Of a DNA stretch of 64,000 nt, positions 51,084 to 64,000 are shown piece after piece. The translations under genes were made by a program, and so were the position numbers. Source of the DNA: Cycas panzhihuaensis (lineage: Eukaryota; Plantae; Cycadophyta); assembly GCA_023213395.1 (NCBI GenBank), contig CM041465.1:137027741-137091740 (forward strand). The letters are read 5' to 3'. Within the stretch, counting starts at the first letter, position 1; the number at the start of each line of letters is the position of its first letter. Below the pieces are notes generated by a model, which saw only the letters and a program-made list of their open reading frames with translations, had not been told where the DNA came from and ran no database searches.

Positions 51084-51309
51084 ATTTCTCTAATAGATAA
51101 TTACATAAGATAAAATGTCATATCAAAAATAAGTATTGAGTCTTCAAATGAATGCTAGATCATACACTGCTACAATAATATACTTTACTGTCGATGTCCA
51201 TATAAAGAAAAAATTATCTACTGGAATGCATGGATAACTAGCCGCTGCAACCGCTAGTTGAATAGGAAGCTCCTTTGGATACATGGTTCAATTAACGCCA
51301 AGTCAGCTT

Positions 51310-54071
51310 TGTTAGCGTGGCGGTTAATTATTAAGCCACTTAATTAATGTTAATGTGGTTTAATTATGTGAAAGGGTGCGAGCCAAAAGGTGCGATTTAT
51401 TCGGAGGGTCACAACCCTAATCGGGTGACACTTCTTGGAGAGTATAAAAGCCTTGAGGCCTTGTATATTCATCATCCAAGTTCATTGTGTAATATCGAGT
51501 GATCCGTCAAGGATCCTCTTTGTGGTGGGTTTTTTCTCGAAAGGGTTTCCCACGTAAATACCTGTGTACTACGTATCTGTTTTCTGTATTTTCCAGTTGT
51601 TGCTTGTTGTGTATGGTTAAAGATCCTGCATATGAGAACATTAGTGTATGATTTCATGTTCCCGAACTTGGTATCAAAGTCGTAGGGTCCTGCACAGTTG
51701 AAGCTTGACGGTGAGTGGGGTGGTGGGATCGTTGGTTTCCAGGTGACGTCGTCTGACCCAAGACGATTCTTGAGGGTCCATCAACCCCAGCATTGTGCAG
51801 AAGCAGACACAGAAAAATCAATGGTTGTTGGAGCAGTGGAGATCACTATTCAACGGAATATAAGCGTTATTGGAGTCAATATTCAGGCGTGAAGATCACG
51901 TTTGTGGTTGAAGTTGGCTTGTTGGGGTCATTTGAAGCCAGTTGATGATATGTTGAAGTGATTCAGGCGAACAGAACACGTACTGATGGTGATTCAGCGA
52001 CATTGAGGACAACCATCTATCCATATAAGTAAGTCTGGGGTATTTCCACTCAAAGCACTATAAAACTCAAAAAAATCAAAGCTTCTTCTTGTGTTGCCTT
52101 CAGTTAGTCTGTATAAGGAAGAGATTGAAGTCTTTTTCAGACAGTTTTCAGTCCTCTATACTGAGAGAAGTACATAGCAGTATAAAACTTTTTCACTGTC
52201 ATTTTGAGTTGAAGTGCCTCTTTCTGTGGGTAAGTGACCCCATATCCGCACTAAATACATCTTGTTGAGCCTGTGTCCTTGTGTGGAGCAATTGCTAGGC
52301 TGTTTGTGACCAGTGTGGAGACTTGTGTACAATTGTAAGGCACTATACAACTAGAAAATACTTTGTTGAAGTGCTTATTACCTTGGCTGGGCGGTTGTTT
52401 TTTGGACTCGACACCTTTTTCTAATGCCTGAGCGCGATTTGTGATTGATTTGGCGCACTTGGAGGCTAGTTAAGCGTTTTTTTAGACTGGCTAGGCCCGT
52501 TTAAGGCTAGTTGGGCGCTTGTGAGAGGCTGACAGAGCCGTTTTTTGGTGTCTGTGAGTGGTTGGAGGTCAGTTGAGTCTGTTTTATGGTGATCATGCAT
52601 GCGTTGAGGCTAGCTAGGCATGTCCTTGCTATGGCTAGGCATGTTTGAGACTCCGTGAGGTTGAAATCAGCCTATTTACCAGTCGTACAGTGACTGGTAT
52701 CTCTCCCTCTTAGTGCGCTGGTCCGTATGTGGTGTGCAAGTCGTTTTTGAGTTGTGGTAGCCACATCCCTTGGAATCACGTGGTGCAACTTTGTGTATCA
52801 CTTATTTGATGATATTTTACTAAGTTAAAACCTTAGTGATATTGTTGAGTTGATATAACAAGGAAATAAAACATGTCGCTGATCATATAAAGTCGCAATT
52901 GTTGGAATATACCCTTTAGTATATTCCTTTTATAATTCAACTTTATAAAAGGGCCCTCAAATCATTGATGTGAGGAACTTTCTTTGTATTTGGAGTGTCC
53001 TTGACCCGCTTTAAGTGTGGATTGAGGCATTTTTTGTGGATTGTTGACTTGGAGACCGTGCACCGTCACTGTGTGGAGTCGTCCTTTGTTATGGAGCACA
53101 TATTTGTAGCCATTAAGTGTCGGTTGTGACATTTAATGGCTATTTAAGGTCTTTTGTTGATGGTTAAGTAGATATAAACAGTCGGTGGCTCACTTAACTT
53201 GGGTATAATCCATGTTGGGTCCTTTTGGAAGCGTGCTCGTGAGGTAGAGGACACAAGGGTGCATTTATGTCCTTAATACACTCGTTTGGTGTCGTGTAAT
53301 TTATATTGTAGCCTGTTGTTCGAGATGGAGAAGCTTATGCCTAAGGTTATCTTTAACGGTAACAATTTCAGCGAATAGAGGGCTAATATGGAGCTTATTT
53401 TGATGGTGAACCAACTTTGGGGAATCACCAAGGCGAAGCTTGATTCAGTCCCACTTGACCATAAGGAGCGTATCAAACTTGAAGAGAAGCAATATATGGC
53501 CGTTGGATTACTGAAACTCTCACAAGCGTCGGACCAGAGGGCTCTAGTTCACAATCTGGATGGCCTAGCCGAGATTTGGACGAAGTTGTGTGATACTTTT
53601 GAAAAGAAGAAGATGAATAAGCGTTTTGTTCTTATGTTGGAACTACTCAATTCAAAAGTTGAAGATGAGAACAATATCAGCTCCTACCTGAATAAAATAA
53701 CCGACTTGAAGAACAAGCTAGAAGAGTTAAAGCAGAACTTGATCAATGATGCACTCTTGTTTACGATAATCATGTTGAAGCTGTCAATTGCGTTCGCCAC
53801 ATTCCAGACCATTTACAGTAGAGATGAAGTGATGGAGGCAGAAACTTTTGATGGGTTCAAAAACCTAATTGTAGCAGAGGATGCCAAGTTTAAACATCAT
53901 GGATTGCTTGGAGGTTCTGGTTCAAGCCAAGCCTTAGCCATGGAAACTCAGAGGAAGGAGGCCCCTAAGGAGGACAAGATCACACAACGGTCTGGAGAAA
54001 GCTCTCAAGACAAGAAGAAGTTTAATGGAAAGTGCAATTATTGCAAGAAGGATGGTCACCGTAAAAAGAAC
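51310..54071 (+). mobile_element. Copia family E 5' half (E2): LTR 51310-51668, PBS, long leader, gag 53325-54071
   Basis: Reverse complement of E1 LTR, leader and gag; PBS TGGTATCAAAG at 51669; gag stops at the zinc knuckle. Confidence 0.95.
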
Positions 54072-56033
54072 TGTTCGAGAACATGAAATCATACACTGAT
54101 GTTCCCATACGCAGGATCTTTAACCATACACAGCAAGCAACAAATGGAAAATACAGAAAACAGATACACAATACACAGGTATTTACGTGGGAAACCCTTT
54201 CGGGAAAAAACCCACCACAAAGAGGATCCTTAATGGATCACTTGATATTACACAATGAACTTGGATGATGAATATACAAGGCCTCAAGGCTTTTATACTC
54301 TCTAAGAGGTGTCACCTGATTAGGGTTGTGACCCTCTGAATAAATCGCACATTTTGGGTCGCACCCTTTCACATAATTAAACCACATTAACATTAATTAA
54401 GTGGCTTAATAATTAACTGCCACGCTAACATCCCCCCTTAATGTGAATGTGGGGAACCTGCAACGTCTGGCCGGTTGAGTTATCACGAAGGTTGGGACTA
54501 TCCTGCAGCTTCTTTATCCTTGTTGATACATCCCCCCTCAAGGATAACATCGGTGAGTCCTAATCCGGTACGCATCTTCGTGAATTGATTTTCAGTGAGT
54601 GGCTTGGTGAACACGTCCGTAAGTTGTAATTCACTCGGACAATAGTCGACCTGCAGTTTTCCTGACTTGATCTTCTCACGAATGTAATGGTGCTGAATCT
54701 CGATATGCTTTGTATGCGCATGAAACTTTGGATTCTTCGACAGACGAATGGTACTCTTATTATCAACAAAGAGAATCAGATGTCTATTCGAAACACCAAG
54801 AAATTCCAAGAGACCTTGCAACCATACTGCTTCTTTTGCACCAAAGATCGAGTCCTTGATATTACCTTACGTAGAAGATAGCGCCACTATCTGCTGCTTC
54901 TTCGACTGCCACAAAATAAATCCATTGCCAATACTAAACGAGTATCTAGCGGTGGACTTCCGATCGTCGGAATCTCCTTCCCAATCAGCATCTGTGTAGC
55001 CATGCAACCTGATCTTATCTCCTCTGTGGTATTCAAGACCAAGGTTGATTGTCCCCTCCAGATATTTCAGAATCCGCTTTGCTGCCACCAAATGAGGTTC
55101 CTGAGGATTTTGCATGTAGCGGGAAACCAATCCAACAGCGTATGCGATATCTGGCCTGGTATGAGTCAAATTAATGAGACTCCCTACCAATTGGCGATAT
55201 TCCGTGCCATCTACAGAAGGTTGGGCTATATCCTTCTGCAATCTTGTGCCTTTGACACATGGTGTTGCAACAGGTTTGCAGTGCTGCATCCCAAATCTTT
55301 CCAATAAGTTCTTCACATACTGCGATTGCAACAACATGATCCTATCTTCCATCTGCCTGATCTAAATGCCCAAGAAATAGTGAAGTTTTCCAAGAACCGT
55401 CATGTCAAATGAAGCTCCCAAATAGGATTTGACTTCGACTATAGCCTTGCCACGATTACCACCAATGATTAGATCATCCACATACACCACGCAAGCTACT
55501 GCGGAAGTCCCTCTTCTTTTCACATATAGATTCATGTCGAATTCTGAAATTTCAAAACCTTCAGCTTTCAACTTGGCGTCTATTTTTTCATACCAAGCAC
55601 GGGGTGCTTGTTTCAAGCCATAGATTGATTTCTTCAGACGGCAAACAAGATGCTCCTGGCCATCCTTAATGAACCGAGAGGCTGCGACATGTATATCTCC
55701 TCCTTAAGATCCCCATTAAGGAAAGCGGATTTAACATCCATCTGGTGTAACTCCTAATCTAATGCAGCTGCTAAGGAAATGAGTAAGTGGACTGTTGTCA
55801 TTTTGGAGACTGGTGCAAACGTCTCCTCGTAGTCAATTCCTTCTTTCTGCTTGAATCCCTGCGCAACAAGTCTGTCATTGTACTTGTCGACCTCTCCATC
55901 GGAGCGGAACTTTGTCTTATAGACCCACTTGCATCCAACAAGATTCTTCGACGGAGATAGCGGAACCAAATCCCACGTATCGTTCTTCATCAAAGAACCA
56001 TATTCTTCCTCCATTGTAGCTCTCCATCTTGGA
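54072..56033 (-). mobile_element. Copia family E 3' half (E3): 3' LTR 54072-54430, PPT, RH, RT; inverted relative to E2
   Basis: Colinear with E1 8411-10370; homology ends at CCATCTTGGA (56033). Confidence 0.95.
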
Positions 56034-58525
56034 GTTTTTTTGGATAGAAGTTGTTTGGACAATAGCTTATTTGACCAATCATAGTTCCATGACATCTATC
56101 TAGAACATGACACCAAGGGAACCTTGGTTAGGTAAGAAGCCAACCGTAAGCCATTTGAAAATTTTTGGGAGTACTGCATACATGCTTGTTCTAAAGTAAA
56201 ATCATCAGAAATTTGATGATAAAAGTTCCAAGTGTATCCTTGTCAGGTATAATAAAGAGAGCAAGGCATATGGTGTGTTTGAGTTGGCAACATAAAAGGT
56301 CCATACAACTCGAGGTGTCATTTTTGAAGAAGGTAATCAACAAGATGCATGTTTGGATACTTTGAAGATGTGTCAAGATAATGGAAAGTACATTGAAGAA
56401 CAACCTGATTCTAGTTCTTTGAGATAATAATTTGTTGAGCCTAAAATTGAGTAAGAGCCAACCAATACATTGATTGAAGTTGAATTGGAAGGTGAGGAGG
56501 GGGAGTATCAAGATTCTCATTCTAAGGAATCATAGACTAAATCACAATATTAGATTGCTTTGCCTACTAAAAATCTTTGTAAATGGTTTCGAAGACCATT
56601 GCAAAAGTAAAACTACTTGAGAATAAATGTAAGTATAATTCAAGGATGAGACTTGATAGGGTCAAGTTTTATTTAATGGTATATGTGCTTAATGTTGATG
56701 AGTCTTAAAGTTTTGAGAAGGTCTATCATGAGCATAAGTGAAAAATAGGAATGGATGTTGAAATTCTTGTTAACTTGGTTGAATTATCAACGGGTAAGTA
56801 GGAAAATGATTGCATATGGGTCTATAAGACCAAATTCAAATATGATGGCTCTGCTGATAAAGTACAATGTTTGATTAATCGTTAAGGGTTTCAAGCAAAT
56901 AAAAGACATTGATCACTGGGAGACATTTACTTCAGTAGTGAAGATGGTGACATGAGATTGATATTGGCAATAATTGTTTAGTTTATATGATAACTACACT
57001 AGTTTAATGTGAAGAGTGCCTTAATGAAGATCTTATAAAGAAAGTTTACATGGAGCAACCACCTGGATGTGTTACAAAATGGAAAGAACGCCTTATGTAC
57101 TACTTGAAGAAAGTTTTTTATGGCTTGAAGCAGGGTGCAAGAGCTTGGTATTCTAAGATTGATCAATGTTTTTTGAAAAATGGATTTGAGAGATCACCAA
57201 CTAATCTAAACGTTTATATTAAAGTTGAAGGCAAACATTTAATTATCTTTGTAATTTTGTATATGGATGATCTAGTAATTACATGTAATGATACCTCAAA
57301 GGTTGAAGACATAAAATATGATTTCAAGAAAACATTTGATATGATAAGTCCTGGACTACTCCACTACTTTTCGGAAGTAGGAGTACGGTAGAAGCTTTGG
57401 AGAATTATGATTTCATAGATTAAGAACACATGGAAATTTTTGAAGAAATTCATAATGGAGGACTATGAATATGTCCCAACCCCTATGGAGATAAGTTCAA
57501 AGTTGTTAACTCAAGATGATAGAGATTAGATAAATAAAACTTTGTATAGCTAGTTAGTTGGAAGTTTGATTTATTTGACTACAACTAAGCTTGATATTTT
57601 CTTTGTAGTTGGGATAGTGTTAAGGTTCATGTCAAAGTGGAAGTAGAACCATTGCAAAACTACAAAGAGGATCCTTAGATATTTGTAAGAAACTCTGCAT
57701 TATAGATTGAAATTTAGCTACAACAATAATTTTAAGTTGGAAGGGCATTCCAATTTTGATTAGGTTTGATGTGTTGATAACATAATGTCTATTTCAAGAT
57801 ATTGTTTTAGTTTGGGTTTTTCTATTGTTACTTGAAATCGTAAGAAGTAGCCAAATATTACATTATTATCTATTGAAGTAGAGTATAAAGCAATAATCAC
57901 AACAACTTATGAGGCCATATGGTTGAGGTAGATCATTGGTGATTTAAGACTTCATCAAGATAAGGCAACTATATTATATTATGAGAAATAGAATAACATG
58001 AAGATTCCCAAGAATCTAGTGTTCCATACTCGCACCAAACATATTTAGGTGTACCATTATTTCATTAGGGAGTAGACCCAGAACATAGAGGTCAAGTTGA
58101 TATACAATCCTACAAAAGAGCAATAGGCAACTATTTTCACCAAACCCTTGTCTAGAGATAAATTTGATGAATTCAAATTTTGTATTAGTGTTAAAGTTAA
58201 TGATGCAAACATTAAGGGGGAGTGTTAGAATTAATGTATACTCTATTAGGTTAAAACTTAGGTTATAAGTTCTAATAGGTGGTTGGGTAATTTGATGAGT
58301 CATAGGGCCATCATTTAGTTGCTGACACATATTTAGGAGTTACACAATTATGTAATGAGTGTTTATCACATGTCAAGAAGGTTACAAGTTATTGTTAAAT
58401 CATTACCAATTTTGCTTGTAGTTATTTGTATACTAGCTTGTACATAGTGTTTGAATTTTAATGAATTTGAAGGTAGACTAATTTTTCTAGAAAATTTCTT
58501 GTGTATTCACAATTCTTGTTCAACT
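56034..58525 (+). mobile_element. Old Copia element G 3' part (INT end, RT, RH, PPT, LTR 58223-~58525)
   Basis: FWIEVV...KKPTVSHLKIFG; YGLKQGARAWY; LYMDDLV; RTKHI; ATTAAGGGGGAG|TGTTAG. Confidence 0.85.
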
Positions 58526-58559
58526 AATTTTTGTTTTTAACTCGCGTTATATACAAGCC

Positions 58560-60160
58560 ATGTAAAATACCTAAAACCTCATGCAACTATAAAGAAGATC
58601 TTCTTTTGGTTGAGAATGAAGAGAGAGGTGGTGGATTATGTCCTTCCTTGCCTATAGTATTAAAATATTGAGGTGGAACATCAAGACCTTTTGGGGTTTT
58701 CATAGTAGCTAGAGTTTCCATAATAGAAATGGAAAATAATTTTCATAGACTTCATCATAGGATTATCAAAGAATGCAAGAAAGAATTATTCCATTATAGT
58801 CATGGTAGACACACAAAGCAATCGATATAGCTATAAATTTTGAGAGAAGTGGTATGATTACATTGAATTTTAAAGGCAATTATGTCTAATAACAATATTA
58901 AGTTCACTTCTAAATTTTAGCAAGTTCGGTTAGTAAAGCATTAATTTCAAGATAATTATCAGTTAATAACTAAATTATTGTGTTTTTTTATAGCTATTAG
59001 TATTGATTGGATTAGGCCTATAACTATGTTTGAATCTAGGATCTAATTTATTTATTAGCTGATAAATATGTTGTAATCAATAACAAAAAGATTCAAACCA
59101 ATTTTTTTATCACTATTCAAAGAATTTGGAACTAAGCTAAATTTTAGTACAACTTATTATCTAGAAAGAGATGGTCAAACAACATAGGTTAACTATGTAC
59201 TTGAAGATATGTGAAGGATGTATGTGATAGAGCAATTGTCCAAGTGGAAAGGGTATTTATATTTGGTGGAGCTTGTTTACAATCGTAATTATTATGCATC
59301 CTTGGACATGGGCCTAGTTTAGGTGTTATATGGATGAAGATATAATACATTAATGACGGAAGAGCAAGTTTCCAATATTTAAAGGCATTTGAAATCTGCA
59401 TAAGATAAACAAAAGCCTGTGCAAACTTAAAAATGACAATAAATGAATTTAAAATACGAGATCATGTGGTTTTTTATGTGAGATCAAACTGAAGCTCTTC
59501 AAAGTTGGGCAAATTGAGAAATCTTACAAGAAGATATCATTAACCTTTTTGGGGTCTTAAAGCAGATATAAACTATTACATATAGGCTTGCATTGCCATC
59601 TAGCTTAGATGTGCATAATATGCTTCATGGCTCATTGTAAAAAAAGTATGTCATTGAGGTGGAATTTAGGTTAGAGTTCTAAGTAAAGCCTATTTAGATA
59701 TTGAGTAAGAGAATGGAGATATTGACCCATGTTGGACTAGGTGAAGCCATATGGGAGCTTGTACAAACTATGCAACAACAATTTCTACATTTGTTTATAA
59801 GGCATGGTCATATCGAGGACAATGGTTACTTTGAAGAGGAGCAGATGCAATACCTTGTTTAATATATATTATATATTTTATTTTTTTATGACTTATTTCA
59901 TGCCACGATGTAATTATCCCTTATTTATAAAATGGAAGTATAGTAAAAAGTCCCATTAGGTGTGTGACATCTCCATTAGATACATTTTTATTTTGTGAAC
60001 ATGATTCCTATGTGATTGTAAGGGTCAAGGGCCTATGAACATGTGGATATCTTAGAAGTTAGGTATTTGTGTATATATAAATGATGTAAAATAAAGTGAT
60101 TAGATTAGAAGCTCTAAATTTGCGTGATTGATTTTCTCTATTTTCTCGCTTATCGAAGTC
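58560..60160 (+). mobile_element. Highly decayed Gypsy integrase/chromodomain fragment with PPT and probable 3' LTR from ~59846
   Basis: Remnants of W..I..DFI.GL, ST.Y....DGQT and EA.WE motifs; GAAGAGGAGCAGA|TGCAATACC. Confidence 0.6.
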
Positions 60161-60169
60161 GAATCTGCA

Positions 60170-60657
60170 AAAGTGTCTTTCGGATAACAGAATATACTCT
60201 GTGAGACATTCTTACTAGTAAAATTTCACTTCAATTTGAGCACTTTAAAACAATGTCCATATAGTTCCATACTATGGTTCCATACATCGTATGACCTTGT
60301 CTAGTACTTGATTTCTGTTCTTCCTTCCTTCATTCAGATTTTTGCTTTTTGTCTATTCTTACGACTTCTTTAATTTCTTGTACCTTCTTAGTCTTGAGCT
60401 ATTCTCACCCAGTCTACCAAATCTGCTCTAATACCATGTTGAAAAAAATAGACTAAACACAATTTGAGACAATGAAATTGAATTCTTCATTGATTTGATA
60501 CGAGAGAGGTACTCTCTTATATACAAGTGCTTACATAATTGATACATAGACAAATGACAAGTGTCAACATGAGTGACAAGTGTCAGTAAAGTACAAAGAG
60601 GGAACAATGACACCTAACCCTTAGATTGCCTTAGGATAAAACATTAATATTCTAACA
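60170..60657 (-). mobile_element. Copia-type 5' LTR (60437-60657), PBS and leader fragment inserted in family D copy 3
   Basis: TGTT...AACA; PBS TGGTATTAGAGC at 60425-60436; LTR end resembles 46300-46332. Confidence 0.7.
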
Positions 60658-63490
60658 TTATTGATGTTGAGCTTGTTGAGACCTTTGTAGTCTACACATA
60701 TACAATGCGATCCATCCTTCTTCTGACTTAAGATAACCAGAGATTCAAAAGGGTTGGAATAGGGGGTAATGTACCTTTGTTGCAAGAGTTCTTAGGTAAT
60801 TTGCTCAATCTCCTATTTGAAGTGATATAGATGATGATATGGTTGGATGTTTACTGGTGCAACTTTGGGCACTAAGTGAATGTTGTGTTCACATCCCTGG
60901 CTTGGTGGTAACCTTTGAGGTAGGTCTTTGAAGACCTTACTCAATTGGTTAATGAGAGTTTATATCTCCTCTAGAACATCCTTAATTGAAATTTTATAGC
61001 ATGTCATCAAATACAAGGTTGGGATTTTTCTTAATAACTTCTCCATGCAGTGTGATGTTACTAGTTGAGTTTGTAGTGTCTACTTGTGTCCCTTTTGGAA
61101 AACACTCATAAAACATGTCTTGTAGTTAGTAATAATATTCCTAATTCTACAACTATTAAATGCCAAGAACTACATCAACTCCTACTATTGGCATGGTAAA
61201 CATGTTTGTACTAACTTAATAGTCTACCGTTTATAAGTGCATCTTATTGCAAAATCCTCCACATGGTATACTCTTTTTGTTAGCAATTACGACTTGAAAA
61301 ATGCTTGAGCAATTTTATTTGAAGATTGAGCTTGGTTGCGATAAGCTTATTGATGAAGTTTTAAGTACTATCATTGTACGCAAGAACCAATATTTTAACA
61401 TTTTTTATCACCCCCTCGAACTAAGGTGTCTGAGGTGTGTTGACATCTTCTGTAATGGTCTATAGTGATATTTGCACATTTTTGACATTGGTCTCATTAA
61501 GTAACTCCTCGATTTTTGCTTTGTCATTGATTGGCAGCGGCTTTTCTACCGAATTGTTTGTGTTGGGAATATTTGTGTCCTCATTGTTGATCATGAGCAC
61601 CTTTTTGGCCAAACACTTGTGGTCGCGACTCCATTTTCCATTGTAATCAAAGCATGTCCCTCTCCTTAGATGTTTGGCTTTAGACAATTTACTTCTAGTT
61701 GGTCCACTTTCCTTTCCTTCTATAAGTGTAGGCTCAACTTTCATGCTTCAGCAGTATTGGTTGAATTGATTACTCTGACCTTGATATTTAAAAGGTTTGT
61801 TATGGCAAATGTAGGTCTATTTAGCTTTCTAGAATTCAACTTCAATATTCCTTGATTGGCATATTGCTTCTTTTAAGGTCTGTACTCCTATCATTTTAGG
61901 TGGAACTTAATATTCCCTTTAAGTCCTGTGATATATAACTCCAATAGTAGTATGGGCTTAGTTTCCATGGTGATAAGGTTTTGCAGATTTTAGAGTTGTT
62001 TGGTGTAGTCCAACATTGACCCGATTTATTGTAATCACATAAGTTGGGCAAAATAGTTTATGTTCATGGTGTCTTTGTATTGCTCTATGAGAGATGTCCT
62101 TAAGAAGTCTCAATTGTAATGCATTGTCTCTTGGTAATGTTTATTCTGCTAGTGGAATAATTTAAATGGCTTTCTGTATAAATGAAGGGATGCAACTAGG
62201 ATTTTGTCCTTCTTAGATCTAGGATTCATCTGAAAATACATATCTATTTGGATTATCAAGCTTCAAATGTCCTTTGATTTCTCCAAATTGAATTTTTATA
62301 AAGGGAATTCAGAATTCATGAGATTGTTGTTAGGTCTATTTTGCCTATCTTCTCCTTCCTTTTCATGATGAGAATCCTCCCCTTTGTTGGAGGGTTCTAC
62401 ATCATTTTTGTGGTTGTTCATTTTTTAAAATAATCCCAATAAGACCTTATGTATGAAATCAAAACATTTTCTTCATTTTGAAGTCTTATCTCTACCCTTA
62501 TTTCGTTGAATTGAGCTACTACATCATTCCTTATATGAACTGTTTTTTTGTTCAAAGTATCCATTCTTCGAGCCATGTCATCTACTGATGTTGACAGTTG
62601 ATTCACCATCTTGCCTGGTGCAAGTGTCTTTTTGCACCTTGACTTTGTTATAGGAAAAAAATTTATCCCTTTTTGTACTAAAACACCACTATTTTTTTCT
62701 ATTAGGTTGGTGTTTTGCAACGTATTGTTTGCATACAATGACCTCGACCATGAGGCTCTGATACCACTTTGTGATGAACTGTCATACCAAGACCTGGAGG
62801 TGTTAGTGGAGAGGACTTGCTACCAAGTAGATCATGACTTCTCCCACTATTGAATGGGCTAGCATTGCTTTCATCAATGTTTAGGCACTGCAAAGGCTCC
62901 AACTACAACAATGTTCATACACATTGGTGACGTTCATGCACATTGCCCCACTGGCCCTATAAATAGCGTTGCCCCAAGGGGATTTGAAGCTGGGTCTTGG
63001 CTCTGTTATCACTTGTGGGAATTCTAAGGACAAATTCACACCTCAAACACAAATATTATCTATACACAAAACTATCTTGCCAACTTACATATGGAATTAA
63101 ACAATAAAAACTAACATGGAGGAGTAAATTATGATATCCATTGCTTCATAACACTAATTAGACTGAATATCAAGTGAAATAATACCAATAATAACTATTC
63201 AATTGTTGCCAAAACTTAACAGGTAAAGTAGAGTCACTAGCTTCCTCTTCGAGGTGAGGCATCCTTCCAAAACAACTCTTGAAGGTCGAAAATATGGTAG
63301 ATTTAAAATGAGAATGATAATCCAATCCTTGGGTGAAAAGCCCTATATATCAGTAGCAAGATCCCAATTAAAGAAGTCTATGAAGAAGAAAGGGTAAAGT
63401 CAGTCAAAATAGATAAGTATATTAAAGGTAATGGTTTATATAGGACTTTTAATACAATTCATAATGTTATATCGAGGGTTATGTGTCATT
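60658..63490 (-). mobile_element. Decayed Ty3/Gypsy family D copy 3 (LTR from 63014, two PBSs, gag, PR, RT start)
   Basis: 63014-63140 aligns with the reverse complement of 2085-2210; gag and PR align with 2334-3800; RT start KKDGSHCICVDYKGLNKL. Right boundary uncertain. Confidence 0.8.
62770..63011 (-). mobile_element. TRIM-like module (PBS, ~56-bp internal part, purine tract, 173-bp TG...CA unit) between the D LTR and a second PBS
   Basis: Degenerate PBS at 62999-63011; AGGGCCAGTGGGGCAA then TGTGC...TCACA (62942-62770); intact PBS at 62755-62766. Confidence 0.55.
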
Positions 63491-64000
63491 CCCCTCTTTT
63501 CTCATCTAGTGACAAGTGGCAGACATGCATTAAGTCTTGCCTAAGTCCGGTACTCTTTGTATTATATTTATAGAGGGTTCCCCCTTATTAATGCATATTG
63601 ATTTGAGATTTTCTATTGTTAGAAATAATATGTTTATCTGTAGGTTGGCCTACAAGAAAACACAAGAGTTAAATATGAGCATTTTGGCCTATATAGAAGT
63701 CGACCAAAATGTATGCAAGTTGGTCAAAATAAATTATGATATGATGTAAATGCTTATTGTACCACTAAAGCCGGTTTTATTATAGAGTTATTTACTTCTT
63801 ATGAGGTCAGCTACAGTATGAGAGTCTTGACTATACTATATAAAGACTTTTTGTACTTCATTTTTGGTTAATCAAGAATGGAGATTCTTCATATTTTCGG
63901 TTATCTATCTATGCCGTATTCATTGTTTATGTGTGTATTTCAAATATACATAAGGTGTAATTTCGTAACATAGTAACAAGGCATATTTTTTTTAGGTCTA

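Noticed and set aside
54083-54268. 61-aa ORF (MKSYT...) recurring in family E LTRs (also 51472-51657)
   Set aside because: Recurrence is explained by LTR identity; the frame differs in the E1 LTRs and no domain is recognisable.
62960-63011. Possible tRNA gene or Cassandra 5S domain
   Set aside because: Only a PBS and a degenerate B-box-like motif; no cloverleaf, and 5S similarity is too weak to support by eye.

Overview
Eukaryotic, almost certainly plant, DNA with PBS sites matching plant tRNA-iMet and tRNA-Glu. A large-genome seed-free plant or gymnosperm is my inference only. Most of the window is decayed, nested LTR retrotransposons; no intact transposon ORF, RNA gene or CRISPR array is present. 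Two full-length Ty3/Gypsy elements have both LTRs and TSDs: a non-chromovirus element B (15602-26190, minus, TSD CTAAC) and a CRM-like chromovirus (31126-36981, minus, TSD TTTAT). Also present: a near-complete Ty1/Copia (8411-14617), a rearranged head-to-head copy of the same Copia family (51310-56033), three decayed copies of another Gypsy family, and many fragments. A TE-poor island (about 29.1-31.1 and 37.0-39.3 kb) has candidate + strand exons of an unidentified host gene. The most striking object is element B. Its Pol frame carries two extra tandem capsid-N-terminal-like domains between protease and RT. It also has a four-knuckle Gag, a tRNA-Glu PBS, a non-canonical PPT, a 68-bp hairpin tandem array, GTAC-dense LTRs, and a conserved non-env 3' accessory ORF that recurs in a diverged relative at 1-1765. 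Coordinates and alignments were made by eye, and family assignments come from recalled motifs, not searches.
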